Source: Blasia pusilla
Taxonomy: Eukaryota
Length of the DNA stretch: 64,000 bases
Direction: 5' to 3'
Assembly: GCA_050084515.1 (NCBI GenBank)
Contig: CM114271.1
Coordinates: forward strand, 7,130,001 to 7,194,000
The position numbers and the translations under genes are program-made. This document shows positions 1 to 13,598 of the stretch, piece after piece (the stretch's first letter is position 1; the number at the start of each line of letters is the position of its first letter). The notes beneath the pieces are model-generated. The model had not been told where the DNA came from. It did no database searches and worked only from the letters and a program-made list of their open reading frames with translations.

Positions 1-454
1 ACCACGTCACATCAGTCTTAAGCATCCCTTGAATCCTTGATTCACCGTTCACTGGTAATCTAGATTTTGATGTTCAGAACCGGTTTAATGACCCGTGCAG
101 GGGTTTAGAGGGGGCCTTGATTACTTACTAATTAAGTAAGTACATCTTGTGGGTAAGGATATTTTCCTTTCTGATTCACTCATAGGCTCGTACATTCTAA
201 GAGTGCATAATGTAAAGTGCACTTATCGTAAAGTCGGCGTAAACAATGATTAGAATTTGGCTTTACACGTCATCGTATTTTTTTAATATGATAGTTTTGG
301 GAAATAATTTATATATATAAGTAAAAAAGGATGGGATTTAAAGAAACCTCACCTTTTATAGTCTTTAAAGGGTTTTATTATGTTGACACATGTTTCATTT
401 TGAGAGAGGGAATTGAATTAAGGAGATATAATAAATAATTTTTTTAAATATATT

Positions 455-480
455 TTGTGCACAATACGGGCATCAGCTAG
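455..480 (+). mobile_element. Possible Helitron 3' terminus (decayed hairpin + CTAG|T)
   Basis: ttgtgcacaatacgggcatcagCTAG|t resembles the plant Helitron end (ccgtgc..gcacggg..CTAG|T), preceded by AT-rich DNA. Confidence 0.35.
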
Positions 481-1239
481 TTATTTAATACTACGCAGAT
501 GTCCCCTTAGGTTTATCCTCCCGTCCTTATTTATAACTATCCACGCATTTCAAACTAAAATGCAATATTCTCATCAATTGTTCTTAGATCCTATGATAAC
601 CATGATATAGTGCCAACGCCAATATATTGATGGTATGCTATACCGCAACCCAATTATATGAAGCCTATTCTTACACTGAATTTGGGGGCATGGGATATGC
701 ATTTTAGTATGTGGAATGCAAGAATTTAATCTATATTTTTAGCACTATATCACATAAGTTTGGAGAATTGGAAAATTATACATGGAACCTATGGAACCTT
801 AAAGGGGGTGAGAGGGAGGGGCAAGATTGCATAATGACAAAATGAGTGTGAATTTGATTCTTCTATATGGGTGAATAATTTTCTTTCAATAACTAAAATC
901 CTTTAAATCCATAACAAAGAAAATTCCAAGGGGGTGGGAAAGGGAATGAAAAATTACGGGAAAATTTTCAATAGATGCAAGTTCTTCATTTCTATTGACA
1001 TAAGTCAACGGTCTTTGACAAATCCCCATGGAACCCTATGAAATGCTTTGGTGCACCTCTTCCGAAAGAATCGCTTGAAGTTGATAAGAGTTTATCAACG
1101 TTGGTCAAATGTGTCGTGCGCATATACATCGCTACACAACATACATCGCTGTCACCGAACACACACACAAACACGCACGATCCCATGCTAACTCATGGCA
1201 TCCAAACACAAACGTGAGAAGTACCAAAATATGTCCAAT

Positions 1240-1960
1240 CACCCGCGACTTGCCTACCCTGTTGACCACAGTCAACGGTGGTCGATCATCGTGCCTCACT
1301 GCCTGTGAGCGACACCCTGGATCTAGAATGGAATCCACTAACAAATGGGAGGGGCGCTCCACTCTCGCATACGCCCCCCGTAACACCGTATGGGGCACCA
1401 AGTTGGTCCACCATAGACGCGGGCGATGGGCTCTAGAACCTACACTCGCCGCATCCAAGAACTCTGCTGGGCCCATCCAGGCACGCACCTGATGAGCGCT
1501 CGTCACCACCCGTGACCTGGAGTCTCCTAAGATCGGCACATTCTCTAGAATGTAGGCTGGAGAATGAGACTGGTGCTCCTATAACTGCCGTAAGACCCTC
1601 AACATCTCCCAGAACAGCTTGGAACGAGTCTCAGCAAACCCGCTGCCTTGTCTAGCACTCGATTGGCCTTGATATGGCCAACCGACAATAACCAAATCAA
1701 TGGTGCCTAACCGGTCTAAGTGATGCGCCCCCAACAATGAAATATCCCTCGGTAGGGAACTCTGGTACCAAGTACCATGGACGTAGACAATAAGTCGAGA
1801 AAACATAGGCGTAACTATGCCACATGTCTTAGTGAGACGCGCCTCGCAACATCATCACTCTCCACATACAATTACTGCTGCACTCGCATTCCTACATGCA
1901 AAACAACAGCTAACCCGATGCTAATCCCTCCAAAGAGATCTAACACTCAAATACCCTCCT
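1240..1960 (-). pseudogene. DNMT3-like C5-cytosine methyltransferase domain of copy 1 (disrupted)
   Basis: Motif I VLDLFGGISIG (about 1915-1945), motif IV DLVIVGWPYQG (catalytic C to Y), motif VI YILENVP (about 1535-1555), motif VIII AHRPRLWWTN. Contains stops and frameshifts. Confidence 0.85.
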
Positions 1961-4724
1961 CCAGGATACACCACACAATGGGTGTGGTATCCAAGGGTGT
2001 CATCGTAGCACTCCCTGCTACCTCGGGCTACTCAGACCCGTCACGATCCAGTGCAAACGCCTTGCTCCACTCGTTCTGCACGTGCTCATCTGCCAATCGT
2101 CGAAGCTCCTCAATCAAGCCCCACAACGGCACCTCTCCTCCATGGAATGATGCGGCTACCATAACACTCCTCTCCATAGAAATGTCAGGAACGGGAGTAT
2201 CCTCTACATGGACATGTCCCTCAATCAAATCACTAGGCCAAGTGATGGCACTGCTAAATGTTGCTAAGGTGGCCACCTCTCCTGGCTGTCGCTCGATCTC
2301 TGCACCTATGAATCAAACGGGTAACGAGCTAAGGTGCCCATCACTTGATTGCCATCCTGGTATGTAGGATGCTGACTCCTCCCAGTAATCCAGGGAAAAC
2401 CCCATCGGGTATAATACTGCTCCACCAACCAAGACGTCGTAGGACTCTGCATCAGTCACTATTGCCTTGGCTCGTACCACAGACTTATCTGTAAGATGTC
2501 TTGGGCAAATCCTCACCACGACCTCCTGTCGGGTGATATACTGTGTGGTACTTGCTCCACCCAAGGATGTTTATATCCGGAATGGATAACGCTCCACATC
2601 GGCTCTCGTCAAGCCCAATCCTTTGAATGACGCTTTCCCCAACATCAGGGGTTGTGCTCCTGAACCAACAAGCTCTACCTCCGGAACTCACCAACTGGAA
2701 GACCGCTCCTTAGTTATCCAGCAACACAACACCAGGAGAATCCATGGCATGCTCTATTGCGGATCTAGCAGGCATCTCCGCCATCCTAGCAGCCGCATCC
2801 TGCCAAGAATCTGACGTGGACGGCCCGAGCATCCGCTCAAAGGGCAGGTCCATAACCTCCTGCAATCACCTCTTAATGTGATGCAAGAACACCAACTCGA
2901 CGCTCATATAGCATAGCGGCCAGCCGCAAAGCCTCCGCGGATATATCCCCCAACGTCATAACATCGGAAGCAGAAAATAAAGGAGCGCTGTACACAATGT
3001 TGGCCGCCCCCAACAACGTGCTCGACACAAGCCCCTCCTGAGCATCAACAATAGGAGTCGTCACACTCGCTTCTCCCATCGCCCTCCGTGCGTGCACACC
3101 AACAACATCACCAACTCTCCAAGAACTATGATCAGGACTCATCGATGGGGTCCTTGTTGCCTCGGACAATGTGAAAGACTGAGGAAGCCTAGTTTGTTTC
3201 CTGGCTTCCCCTCGCTGCGGATCCAACTCTACGGCTGCTCCACGCGTCACAACTACGGCTGCCTCCATCTGGGCAACCCCACAACTATGACTGCCTTCTC
3301 ATCCGGGAACGGCTCCGTCCATGACACATAGTGTGGGTCATAGTAGAGTTGCCATGCCTCAATCTCCTGGGCATATCTGTGGGAGAACTCATGTTAATCG
3401 TCCATGGGTGCCCCCTCTAAATGCTAGAACATACCTTTCCATGCTGTAAACGGGTTGAACTCTCTAGAGTTCCTAGCGTGCTGTGAGTCACCCCAACTCC
3501 TAAACTCTGCAATGAAGTCGTGTAGCTCTATGGTGCCTACAACACCCAAAAACCTACGCGGTCCTCTACCCTGGTCGTCCATCTCGTACGCCCAACTGGT
3601 AGGACCACTCAATGTGTACGGTGGATCACTAACACACTCCTCTACACGCTCCCCCTTTTTTGAAGATGATTGAGAAGGAGATCAAGGTGGTCTCTCATGT
3701 GGAGACCCTCGAAACCTCGCATCACTCCGGATAAACCCTCGAGAGCTACTCTCACGTCCACTACCTCGTCTTTCAAAATCCTAAAAGGATGCCGTGATGG
3801 CCCTCGTGCCCCTCTCACATGATCACTCTCAACCTCTTGAGTAATCCCTCAATCACTCATCCCAAACATGCGGCACTCAATCTACACTCTCCCTCCCCAA
3901 GACGTGTAATGTGCGACAACAAGCGGCGTGGTGTGGAAAATTGACCAGACTATCATCTCATCGACAACCTACCCTCAAATCCGGACATCCCACACAGGTC
4001 TCTGTCCCCTAAACCACATACATAAATGATGCTCTCAGCATCCACACAACCGAATATCCCCAAATAAACTACCCAAATCCCAAAATCCCTCATGCGTGTA
4101 GGGTAAAGGACCAGAATGGGTAACCTGAACTCATGTCGATGTTGCTCCTCAGCAACCGCAAATCTCGACCCCAACTCGGTTGTGGAGACAACTCCTCCAA
4201 TTAGCAAGTCATACTCCTCATGTACTGACGCTGCTCAAAACTCCTCGATGGACAGTGCGGTTCCAACGGAACGGTGCGCCGTTGCAGGCGGCACAGAATG
4301 GCTACGAACGACAAGGCCCTCGATGGTGGGATGCGGCACTCGGCGTCATACCCTCCTCAATAAAAAATAAACCTACACTCTGCTCTACAATGACGGTGTG
4401 GCTCCGCAATCGAGATGGTGCGGTGCGACCACGAGCAACACTATGCACCAATCGGCGGCACGTTGCGGCTATGGGCGTCACGGCTCGGTACTCGATCATT
4501 GTCAATCGGCTACCAATCACAACATAGCTACATGAAATCAATAACGGTGGCGGCCAAAACAAAGTACGTGGTGGCGACGCAAGTCTGAGAATCAACGAAC
4601 GTCGTGGAAGACCCTCCACTCCGTAATGGCGGAAATGGCAACCAAAGAGTGGACAACGGCCGAATGTGGCTCTGAGCAACGCTGAGCAACAGCAATGGCT
4701 GATAGTGGCCGTTGGACGGTGGAT

Positions 4725-4865
4725 CGTAGACTATGACGGTTGACCGTTGACGGTGACGGTTGACCATTGATGGTGATGATGAACTGTTGACGGTGATGGT
4801 TGACTGTCAACGGTGATGGTTGACCATTGACCGGTGATGGTGACTATGACGGCGACGACCGCCGC
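4725..4865. repeat. Degenerate minisatellite (GACGGT/GATGGT/TGACC units) in the 5' leader of copy 1
   Basis: gacggttgaccgttgacggtgacggttgaccattgatggtgatg... repeated directly. Confidence 0.75.
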
Positions 4866-5439
4866 CGGCGTGGCGGCTGGTTTAGGGTTTGAACAATTTA
4901 ACCCTAAAAATCGCTTAGCAATGGCAGTTTTTCAAGACTGATCATAACTTTTTACTCGCAACTTTGAATTGCGCACCGTTTGTTGTACAATGTGCACAAC
5001 TTCATGATCTATGACGGCGTCAAAAAATATTTGGAATTAGATATTCCAGTAAAAATTGACAAGGACTGTCGTAAAGCCCAATGTTTCTTTCTCCAACACA
5101 AAATTTGGTAGCGCTTCTGCGTTGATTTCTCCCAACCAAAATGTAAAACCTGTGAAAATAAAAATCAGCAAGCTACATGGTGCTCCCGAGAGCACCGGCA
5201 TGGGGAAATCTGCCCCTATAATGAATCCCTATCAGAAATTGGGCAGCGCTTCCGCGTGCCAGTCTTCGACACGAAGAATCGGCAAATGCAAAGAACAATC
5301 AAAGCAGCCCTTGCTCTGGTGAGCATTTCCATGAGCCGCTGGACGGGGAACACGGTCTCCAACCTGCAAAAACAGCGAGTGACCAGCGAGCTCCCCCATG
5401 AAGCTCTCTCACTCTCTCATTCTCTCATTCTCTCTTTGT

Positions 5440-5955
5440 AAAGTAAGATCCAATCTCTCTCACAACACCATAGTTCTCACATGTGTACACTCTCACATGT
5501 CTCTCTCAATGTCAAACCAAACCCACTCTCTTAATGAGAGGCTTGGGTTACACACACAAGGCAAGCAAGACCATAGCTCCGTCGACTCATGCCAAGAGGT
5601 TCAACAAAGAGAGAATGAGCTCTCAAGCTCTCTCTCCTTGAGGTATACCCCTCCCCTCTCCCAAGCTCTCTCCATGGTAACCTATTCTCCCAAGTCACCT
5701 CCTTGGCTCTTGACCTGATGTAGGAGGTCAAGGGCCACTTACCAAAAATAAAAGTTGATCATATACTCAAAATGATACTTACCTAAAATAGTAAGTTCCT
5801 CAATATGGCTCCAAATGAGCCGAAACGAAAGGGAAAACTGCTCTCTCAGGTTTCACGGGGCCTCAAAAGGTCATCCTCAACCTACTGAGCCTATCCTCCA
5901 ATACTCACGAAGGCGCTCTTCTAGATCTCAGTAATCTATCCTAAACGACGTGACA
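5440..5955 (-). repeat. 5' terminal repeat (segment A only) of copy 1
   Basis: Its reverse complement aligns with 62391-62860. It lacks the B segment found at 1112-1213 and at 62890-63001. Confidence 0.75.
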
Positions 5956-6838
5956 AATATCTAGTCTCAAAGATTGTGAATTAATTTTAAATTCAATCAT
6001 ACTTGGGCAGTACTTTTGGCTTACAAAATTAGAAGTTTTTTTTTCTCATATTCTTTTTCCTCAATAACAAGCATTTTTGGTGGTAACTATGATATTGATA
6101 AATGAGCTTAAATTAATAGTACGAGGACCATAGACCTTGTCAAGAAGGACACATACTCACAATCAATAATGAAACAAGGTTTTTATTTTTTTATATCATC
6201 ATAAAATTTTGGCATAAAATTTTTTTCATGTAAGAAAAAGAAGGAAAATTTTGGTTGAAAAAAATTCATCAAAAAATAAGGATAAAAAAATCATGGATCG
6301 AATCATTTGAAAAATAAAAAGATAAAATTGGTTGTCATGGGATCCTTGAGGAATTACTGTGATAATAGTGTTTATAGTGTATACTTTAAAAAAAAACACG
6401 AATGTATTCCTTAATAGAATTCCTTCAAAATTGCCTTTGGGAACTTGATCTCCAAATTTTTTCCATGTCGCAACCAAAATCATGAAGTCTCTAATGTTTT
6501 CGAAGACTTTCATGAATATTTGATTTGACAAATAGGGCTCCACATCTTAGCATCTGGGTGGGAGGTTGAGAACATCATATGATATCATTGTCCACTATAA
6601 ACATGTACTTTATCAATTGCAACCTACTATTGGCACGATTTATTTGAGGATAAGAGACAAATAAGAGGAATTTTTCTAGCCCCTAACAAGGCTAAAATCC
6701 ATAAAATTTATGGATTCCTATGTAAGAAAATAGGTAATGACAATAATGTGTGCGTTACTACGGTTCAATGTAGATTATTACTTTGGATATCACAACTCAA
6801 TCTGAAGTCAACCTACTCCCTCCCCCCCATTAAGGTTG

Positions 6839-7488
6839 CATGGAAACCGACATGTCCGTCCATGGAACAGACAAGTCTGGACATGCTTGGATCGCACCCG
6901 AGCCCGCCACGTAGACCCGCGCTCACTGAGCCCGCACCCGTTGCATAGCCCGCAGGGCGAGCTCTAGGCAGGAAAGTGAGGCCGGTGCGGGCTCCATGCG
7001 GGCAGGTGCGGGCTAAAGCGGGCAGGCGCGGGCAAGTGCGGGCTCAGGGTTGATTGGGCGCGGGCTAGGGCGGGCAGGCACGGGCTCGGATCGGGCAAGT
7101 TTGGGCTTGAGGCAGGCAGGTGCGGGCTCGGGCGGGCAGGCGTAGGCTCAAAGTTGATTGGGCGCGGGCTCAGGATGGGCAAGGCGGGGGCAGGTGCGGG
7201 CTCAGGGCCCGCAAAATTTTGGTCCTGCCTACTAAAGTTTGGTGCGCTGGAACAAGATTTGGTCCGTTGATTCTTGTTCCAGCGTTGGAAGTATGCGAGC
7301 TTTGAGCCCGCATCCGGGCTTAGGGCGGGCCTCGAGCCTGCACCGAGCCTGCCCTAGGTTGGGCTGCAGGCCACACAACGGCCGCGGGGTGCAGGCGGGC
7401 TCGGGTGTGGGCCCCGTGCTCGGGTACCCGGGCCCGCACGGACATCTTCGTCCATAGGACGGACACGGAAAAAAATTTGACTTCCATG
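6839..7488. mobile_element. GC-rich foldback/MITE-like element
   Basis: Imperfect long terminal inverted repeats (catggaa..tgtccgtccatgga..cacccgagcccgcc versus the reverse complement at the right end) enclose tandem GCGGGC(A/T) motifs, set in AT-rich flanks. Confidence 0.55.
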
Positions 7489-8749
7489 TTTTATTATTGT
7501 TCTTATTACATTCATCACTTTTATGTTGACGGTACACATGCAGCAATGAAGAGTCTGCCACTCATGTGGATGCATGTTCTACCTTCTCTTCGTAGGGTGC
7601 ATACTTCCAAAGATGGGTGTATGAGATCCTATATTATTTAAATTTATTTTATACTCTCATCTCTAATAATCTACACAAGACATGAAGTTGTGTCATGGAT
7701 CCTTTCATACCGGATGGTATATATGAGTATTCAGGTTATCTATATAAGAATTCATTCTATTATTAGTGTTAGACTCTCTTCTCATGTCATGTGTCTTGAA
7801 AAATTGAGAAGAGAGAAGGAAATATTTAAAAAAAGAAGAAGAAATCCATAAGGAAATTTTCCTAGGGTTTTTTTCAATATGGAAGAGAAAGAGAGAAAGA
7901 GATTAATTTTCAAGAAGAGAGGACTTTATGAAAGATTTTTTTCTTTTATTTTGAATACATGTGAGGAGATAAGGTTAAATTTTGGATAAGACATGGAAGG
8001 AGAGAGTTTTAAATTTTCAACACGAATAATCTCCTCGTAATGGAAGGTAAAAGTGAGGTAATGGGGGCGGGGTTGGGGTTGCAGTATCACAACTAGAATT
8101 TGACGATGTACAAGACTTAATATGATACAATTATAAATTAGATATTATAGATAAAGTAATAATATCTCTAAATACATTTGGGTTTCATAATTGGGGGTGT
8201 CAAGGGAGAGCTCCATACAAATTTTAAGATTTCCTATTTCAGGTTAAGTCCCATACATCGTGGGTGAATGTGAGATAAGACCTGATTCTCTCTGCGGATA
8301 CTTTTGGGTTTCATAATTGGGGGTCGCAAGGGTGTGCCCCATAAAGAAAATTCTTATTTTTTTGGTTTCATGTTAAGTTCCATACATCGCGAGTGAATGA
8401 GAGATAAGACTTGATTACCTTTGCGGAAGAGGAAGAGAAAGAGAAAAAAGGGAAAATAAATTTCAATCTAAAGGGTGTTTCATATGATTAACCTTAATTT
8501 CAATAGGAGATGGGAAGTGAGGAGAAATATGAAATAAAATTTTAATAGTTGGTAATTCCTTCAAAATTCAAAAAGTGAAGTTTAAACAACAAGACATAAA
8601 AATTAGGACCATGAAGATGAAAATGGATAGACACTCTATGAAAGATGGAGGCTAGGGAAAGCCCATATAGCAAGATGTGACATACACAAAAATGCTAGTT
8701 GAATCTAAAATATTATTGCATGATGTCCCTACAATTAAGTATTGCAGTG

Positions 8750-9450
8750 GCTAAGGACAACCCATTTCTCGAGTGGAGATGATGGGGGCAATTCCTAAGG
8801 AACGAGTCAAACCTCTCCCCCATAGCCCTCTACATCTCAATAGCTAGGGGGATAAATCGATGTCCATCATGAAGTCGAATATAAATGTGGGTCTTCTTTA
8901 CCGCCGCCGCCGCCGCCACTTCTTGGAGGAATCTCCCTTGTGCCACCACTTGGGCTTGCACCGCCTCCCGCATAGGGTCCGTAACTACGACATCCCCTAC
9001 CACCACCTCAGACTCCCGCGTCATGTAGAGATCAGCACGGATAAGGGAATCCCGCATGGAGTAGTGCCTCTCTCTCTACACATGGAAGCCACTCTCCCGA
9101 GCAATAGAGAACATAATATCCCGCAATGCATCATGAGTGGGTATCCTCTCACCCCCAACTGGACACCGTGCCAAATGCACACCAAGTGGATCCAGACTCC
9201 GACTACACTGGCAATGTGTCAAACCAACCACCGATGGTTGGGGGAGGCCCAATTGGAACCACATCGCTGTAGTGTAGGTAAGTGGTGCGATGCAAAAAGC
9301 CGAGATGAGGGGGCGAGCCCCCACCCATGAGCCTGCCCCCTTTCCAGAGCAAGAGCGAATACGGGCCCAAACCTCCATGGGGATATTCCCATCCGACATA
9401 ATAGCTATGAACACTGCCTCGAAGTGGACTTCCATCAAAGAAGATTGAAG
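8750..9450 (-). mobile_element. 5'-truncated non-LTR retrotransposon (CRE-like; zinc knuckle + restriction-like endonuclease)
   Basis: ORFs 9076-9438 and 8830-9057: CQC...HLARCPVGGERIPTHD, RADL...DVVVTDP, KK..Y, FIPLAIE. Closely related to 42421-44480. Confidence 0.75.
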
Positions 9451-9962
9451 CCCACACCAAGGTTTGGGGAGATTTTTTTAAGATGCCATGTGATTACTAG
9501 TAATATATATAGTTATCCGGTTTTTTTTCTCAAGTCATCAGCTCCGACTGGAATTTTTCATTTTCCAGGTTTATTTTATGGTAAATTTCCATTTTAATTC
9601 GTGAAATTCCAAAAATTTAAAATTTTCCGCACCAAATTTCTGTCATGATCCCCGATCACCAACGAGTTTCCGGATTTTTTTTAAAGTCACCGGGAAAAAT
9701 CCGGCCGTTGAAATTTTTGTCGGTAAATTTTCGGCCAACAAGTACGGTCGGAAGATTTTCAACCAGCAAGCAACGTCCTCTCTTTCCCATTCATTCACTA
9801 TCATTACTCCAACATTCTAAGCAACCTAACTTCCAACACTCTAAAAACTTTCAACTCCAAAGACCTCATGTCACTTGGTAGTAAATCACATATCATTTAG
9901 TAAGATATCCTTGGCAGGAGTTGAACATGGGTCCTCCCACTAGTTGGGAGCCAAGGATCCTC

Positions 9963-10010
9963 CCCCTCTACAATACTTGGAGCCCCAAAGCTCCAAGTAT
10001 TGTAGAGGGG
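9963..10010. repeat. Perfect 21-bp-stem hairpin
   Basis: cccctctacaatacttggagc-cccaaa-gctccaagtattgtagagggg. Confidence 0.9.
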
Positions 10011-10040
10011 CCCTACAAGACCAACAAATCTAAATCTACT

Positions 10041-12014
10041 TCAAGTGTTGTCTCCTTCTACCTCTACTTCTACCTCTGAAGACATATATTTTTCTGGACT
10101 AGCAAAGATATATCTAAAATGAGCAGAAATTTTCCATAACACAACAGACTCACCCAACAAGTCCTCGTAATCAAAGGAAGGGTCTTCTAAGGCAATCCTA
10201 AAAACAACATCTAAGTATTTTGTAGACAACTTATTGCGAGATTTGCTCTTGATCATATTTTGAAAACTCTCTCGCAAATAGCAGTTTTCACACATTGGAC
10301 TCTAGCAATATTTTCTAAAATCAAAAAGTTTAAAAACTTACATTGCAAAGAGGGACTCCAACTTACCATAGCCCAAAGCTTCCTAAAGTTGTGATCCTTC
10401 CACTCTGTGGTAGCCATTAGTTTGAAAGACTGAAACTCTTCTTTCACAATAGGAGAGTTAATCAAAGAAGGTTGCAACTGACCTCTAAGAGGTAATTGAG
10501 CTCCAAAGAAACCACAAAAATCATCTAAATCTTTACAGCCCCAGCTATTCAATCCCACATGTCTAGAAGGCATGTGTAAGGGGTTTAGAATTTTCATTGC
10601 ACCAATAAGATGGTTATCTCGAAAGCGATCTTGCAAAGTTGAACATCCACTTTTAGCAAACTTTTCTGGAAGAATAATGCGGCCTCCAGATCCCTACCTG
10701 TTTGATCTTGAGACATCTCTATACTATGGAACCTCTTACCCCTTATCTCAGACTGTAAACGTCAAAGATAGCCACCCGAAGGCCCAAAATTAGGTAAAAT
10801 GTGATAACGTGTGTCTTCAGAAAAGGTCGATGCATTCAAGTCATGTGTTTCCATCACAAAATTCATAGTGATGGAAGCTATCTCGGAATTAACAATGCTT
10901 CCTATAGTGCTAACGTCCACAAACTTGTACCGGAAAATCTTGCTCAAATTTGCAAGCATGGAAAGGATATCAGCTAGAAAATACAACTGATAGATCATTT
11001 GGAATGATCTTAACTTGTTAAATAAATGATCAGCATTCCCATCATCCTCCAAAGGAGAAATCTCCCTAAAATAAATCAACACCAATTCTAGAGAATCACA
11101 CAATGTGGAAATGGCTTGCCACCGAGATAACCAATGTATTTTATGGTATCTCTTCATCACTCGTTTGGAATCATTGAACTTTTCTTGCAAAGTGGACAGA
11201 AGTGTTCTCTTTTTGGAGGACCTCCTGAAGTAACTAGCAACAACATTGAGAATGGAATTATTGAGAATAGAGATTGCCTTGCAATCAACAACTTTTGCAA
11301 CAGACAAAGCAACAAGATTTGTCCTATGAGCAACACAATGAATAGATAGAATATAGGGGTTCACCTTTTGCTTCATTTGTGAAGCTACCCTTGTCTGGCT
11401 ACCTACCATTGTCGAGGCACCATCAGAGCCAAAGGAAACCATTTTGGAGAATTTCAACCCTCCATCCTTGATGAGTTGCAGCAACATTTCAGTAATAATG
11501 TTTACAGAAAGCAATAACTTACACAGATTGGGAAATTTCAGAAATGGTATAGCATCCTTCGCAAGGAAGTATGCACACTTGAACAATGTTAGGAGGGCTA
11601 CTTCAAAAGTCTGGTTTGTGGTCGCAATGGCCTTGGCCATCGACTTCTTACCTCCATTAGAGCCCATGAGAGCTTGATATGCTCATTGGACTTGGCGTGG
11701 TCAATGAACGCAGAGACTTTGCAATTAATTGCCCCATCTTTAGCAAAAGCACTCTTCCCCTTCCCCTTCCTACAGACTTTACAAAAAATCCTACCAAGAC
11801 CTGAATCATAATCGATCCAATCATACATTGAGTACCACACATCCTTCCACACAATGCAAACTTTTTCAGGTAAGGCTCCAATACTATCTGACATAGGTTG
11901 TTCATCTTTATCATCAGATGAGCCAGATAATGCAATAATATCTGGCAGATCGTTTCGAGGTCCCTTATCTAAGAATGAACTCATTGTCTTTTGTCTCTTG
12001 GCCATAATAACCAA
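10041..12014 (-). pseudogene. hAT-superfamily (ZNF862/TTF-zinc-finger type) transposase, frameshifted
   Basis: TTF-like zinc finger (W...W..Y...IFCKVC...H..S.EH), FGSDGASTMVG, IHCVAHRTNL, SRWQ, and the C-terminal dimerisation region TAICERVF / IKSKSRNKL. Split over four ORFs. TIRs not identified. Confidence 0.85.
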
Positions 12015-13598
12015 GGAACTAGACTCGCATGTGAATCAATCTCTGTCTAAATTAAAACGTTTTAAACAGAGATCTGTCTACAGAAGCAAATTGACAATAA
12101 AGGCTTGTGCAAAGCTAGTACAGAGAGGTAGCTATGGAAGAAATGCAACATGTACAGATCTCTGAAAGCTTGAAACTCATTCCCCAAGAGAATTTCCAAA
12201 TAGTGGAAGGAGGACTTCCACATAGTGGGCACTAGGCAGCGCGTGACCGGTTTTTGGGGAGTCAGAAACTCAGCCAAATCTGCATAGTAACAAAAAATTA
12301 GAACAAAAATTGAGAATGATTGAGTGGAGTCACAAAGCTGCGGAGACACAATAGAGATGGGGGCACTTTAGAACTTCTTTTGAGCAGGACTCCATGCAGC
12401 TAAGAGAGAAGGCACCATTGCGGAGTCCAGGAGAACAACCTACGGAGTCACAAAGCCCAACCTAGAGAACAGCCTAGTCCCAAGCTCAATGAAGCTACGA
12501 CTTTGTAATGAAGAGAAGTTGCGGCTAACCGTGAAGCTCGCGGAAGCCAAAACTTCGCAACTACGAACACGAGTTGCGGATTCGGGGAGCCAAAGTGCAA
12601 AGTACGTTGGGGAGCCAACATAGAAGAGAAAAAAACTAAAGAAAAGGTACGGAGTGGAGAGAAAACAAGCTGGGAAACGCACAAATCTGCTGCACACATA
12701 CAAACTCGCAGAGTCCAGGAGAAGACGACATGCTTCAATGCAGGTTTGTTGTGGAATGCTTCGAAGTCAGCAATGAGGAAACTATGATCAGTTGAGGAGA
12801 GGGAGGAGTCTAGACTCCAGAGCGTAGCAAAAATCTATGCATCATCGAGCAACAATGGAGTCAGGTCCTTCTGGGAGAATCGGAGTTGTGGAGAGACGGG
12901 TACTTGGAGTTGGGGGGGGGGGGGGGGTTGGTATTCTGGCAGGATAGAGGAAGAGAGGAGAGTCTCTCTTAAAAAAAAAGGGCCAAATCCGCCTCCTCTC
13001 TTCAAAACTTTTTGACATATTTGAAATTTTTGTTTGCTTTCAAATTCATGAAATCTTTAGAAGAGAGTAGGTAGTGGTCCATATTCGGGCCTTAAGAAAC
13101 CTCCTTTTTTCAAGGGGCGAAAACAAGTAGACATCATAAGACCACTCCAAACATTTTTCCATCACTCTCCATATGAGCCTAAGTTCCTTCACATTTCCTG
13201 TCTCTGTCTACAATAAGCTATGCCCAGGGCTATTTTTTTTGGAGGACCATTGGCAAATAATGTGACGAGAAGTAGCAATCTCATCTCAATGAAAGGTTCA
13301 AATAAAGACCAACTTTGTGAAATGTGAACACAAGAGACGATAATTAAACCAAAATATTGCTAGCTGTCTGGAGTAAAGAGAAAATGATGTCCCTTCATTC
13401 AGAACCTAAATCTGATAAACCGAGAAGCTCCACCCCTCTCAACCCGTCGAAATTTTACAGGTTCCAACTCTTGCAAACCGTCGGAATCGGATGGCTTACA
13501 CCCTTTGCAAGCAAGCTCACCATAACAAAGGAAAGATTTTGAGAAGTGATTCCATTCCATCCTGCACCCACAAAAATTCAACTGTTTGGGAATCCGAA

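Larger units (their letters stand above)
1112..5955 (-). mobile_element. Ty3/Gypsy MTase-carrying retrotransposon, copy 1 (internally deleted: RT/RH/INT missing)
   Basis: Starts TGTCGTG (1112) and ends CGTGACA (5955). Minus-strand fragments are homologous to copy 2: Gag (VGTIELHDF...FTAWKGMF), protease region (AESYDVLVGGAVLYPMGF) and C5-MTase. The left repeat is joined directly to the MTase at about 1240. Flanks AAATG/AATAT do not form a TSD. Confidence 0.85.

Noticed and set aside
1777-2367. 196-aa plus-strand ORF and similar antisense ORFs over the retroelements
   Set aside because: These are shadow frames of the minus-strand polyprotein.
1107-5960. TSD for copy 1
   Set aside because: The flanks AAATG and AATAT do not match; the copy is deleted and possibly chimeric.
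9900-13240. Terminal inverted repeats and 8-bp TSD for the hAT element
   Set aside because: I could not find a convincing pair by eye, so boundaries are left uncalled.
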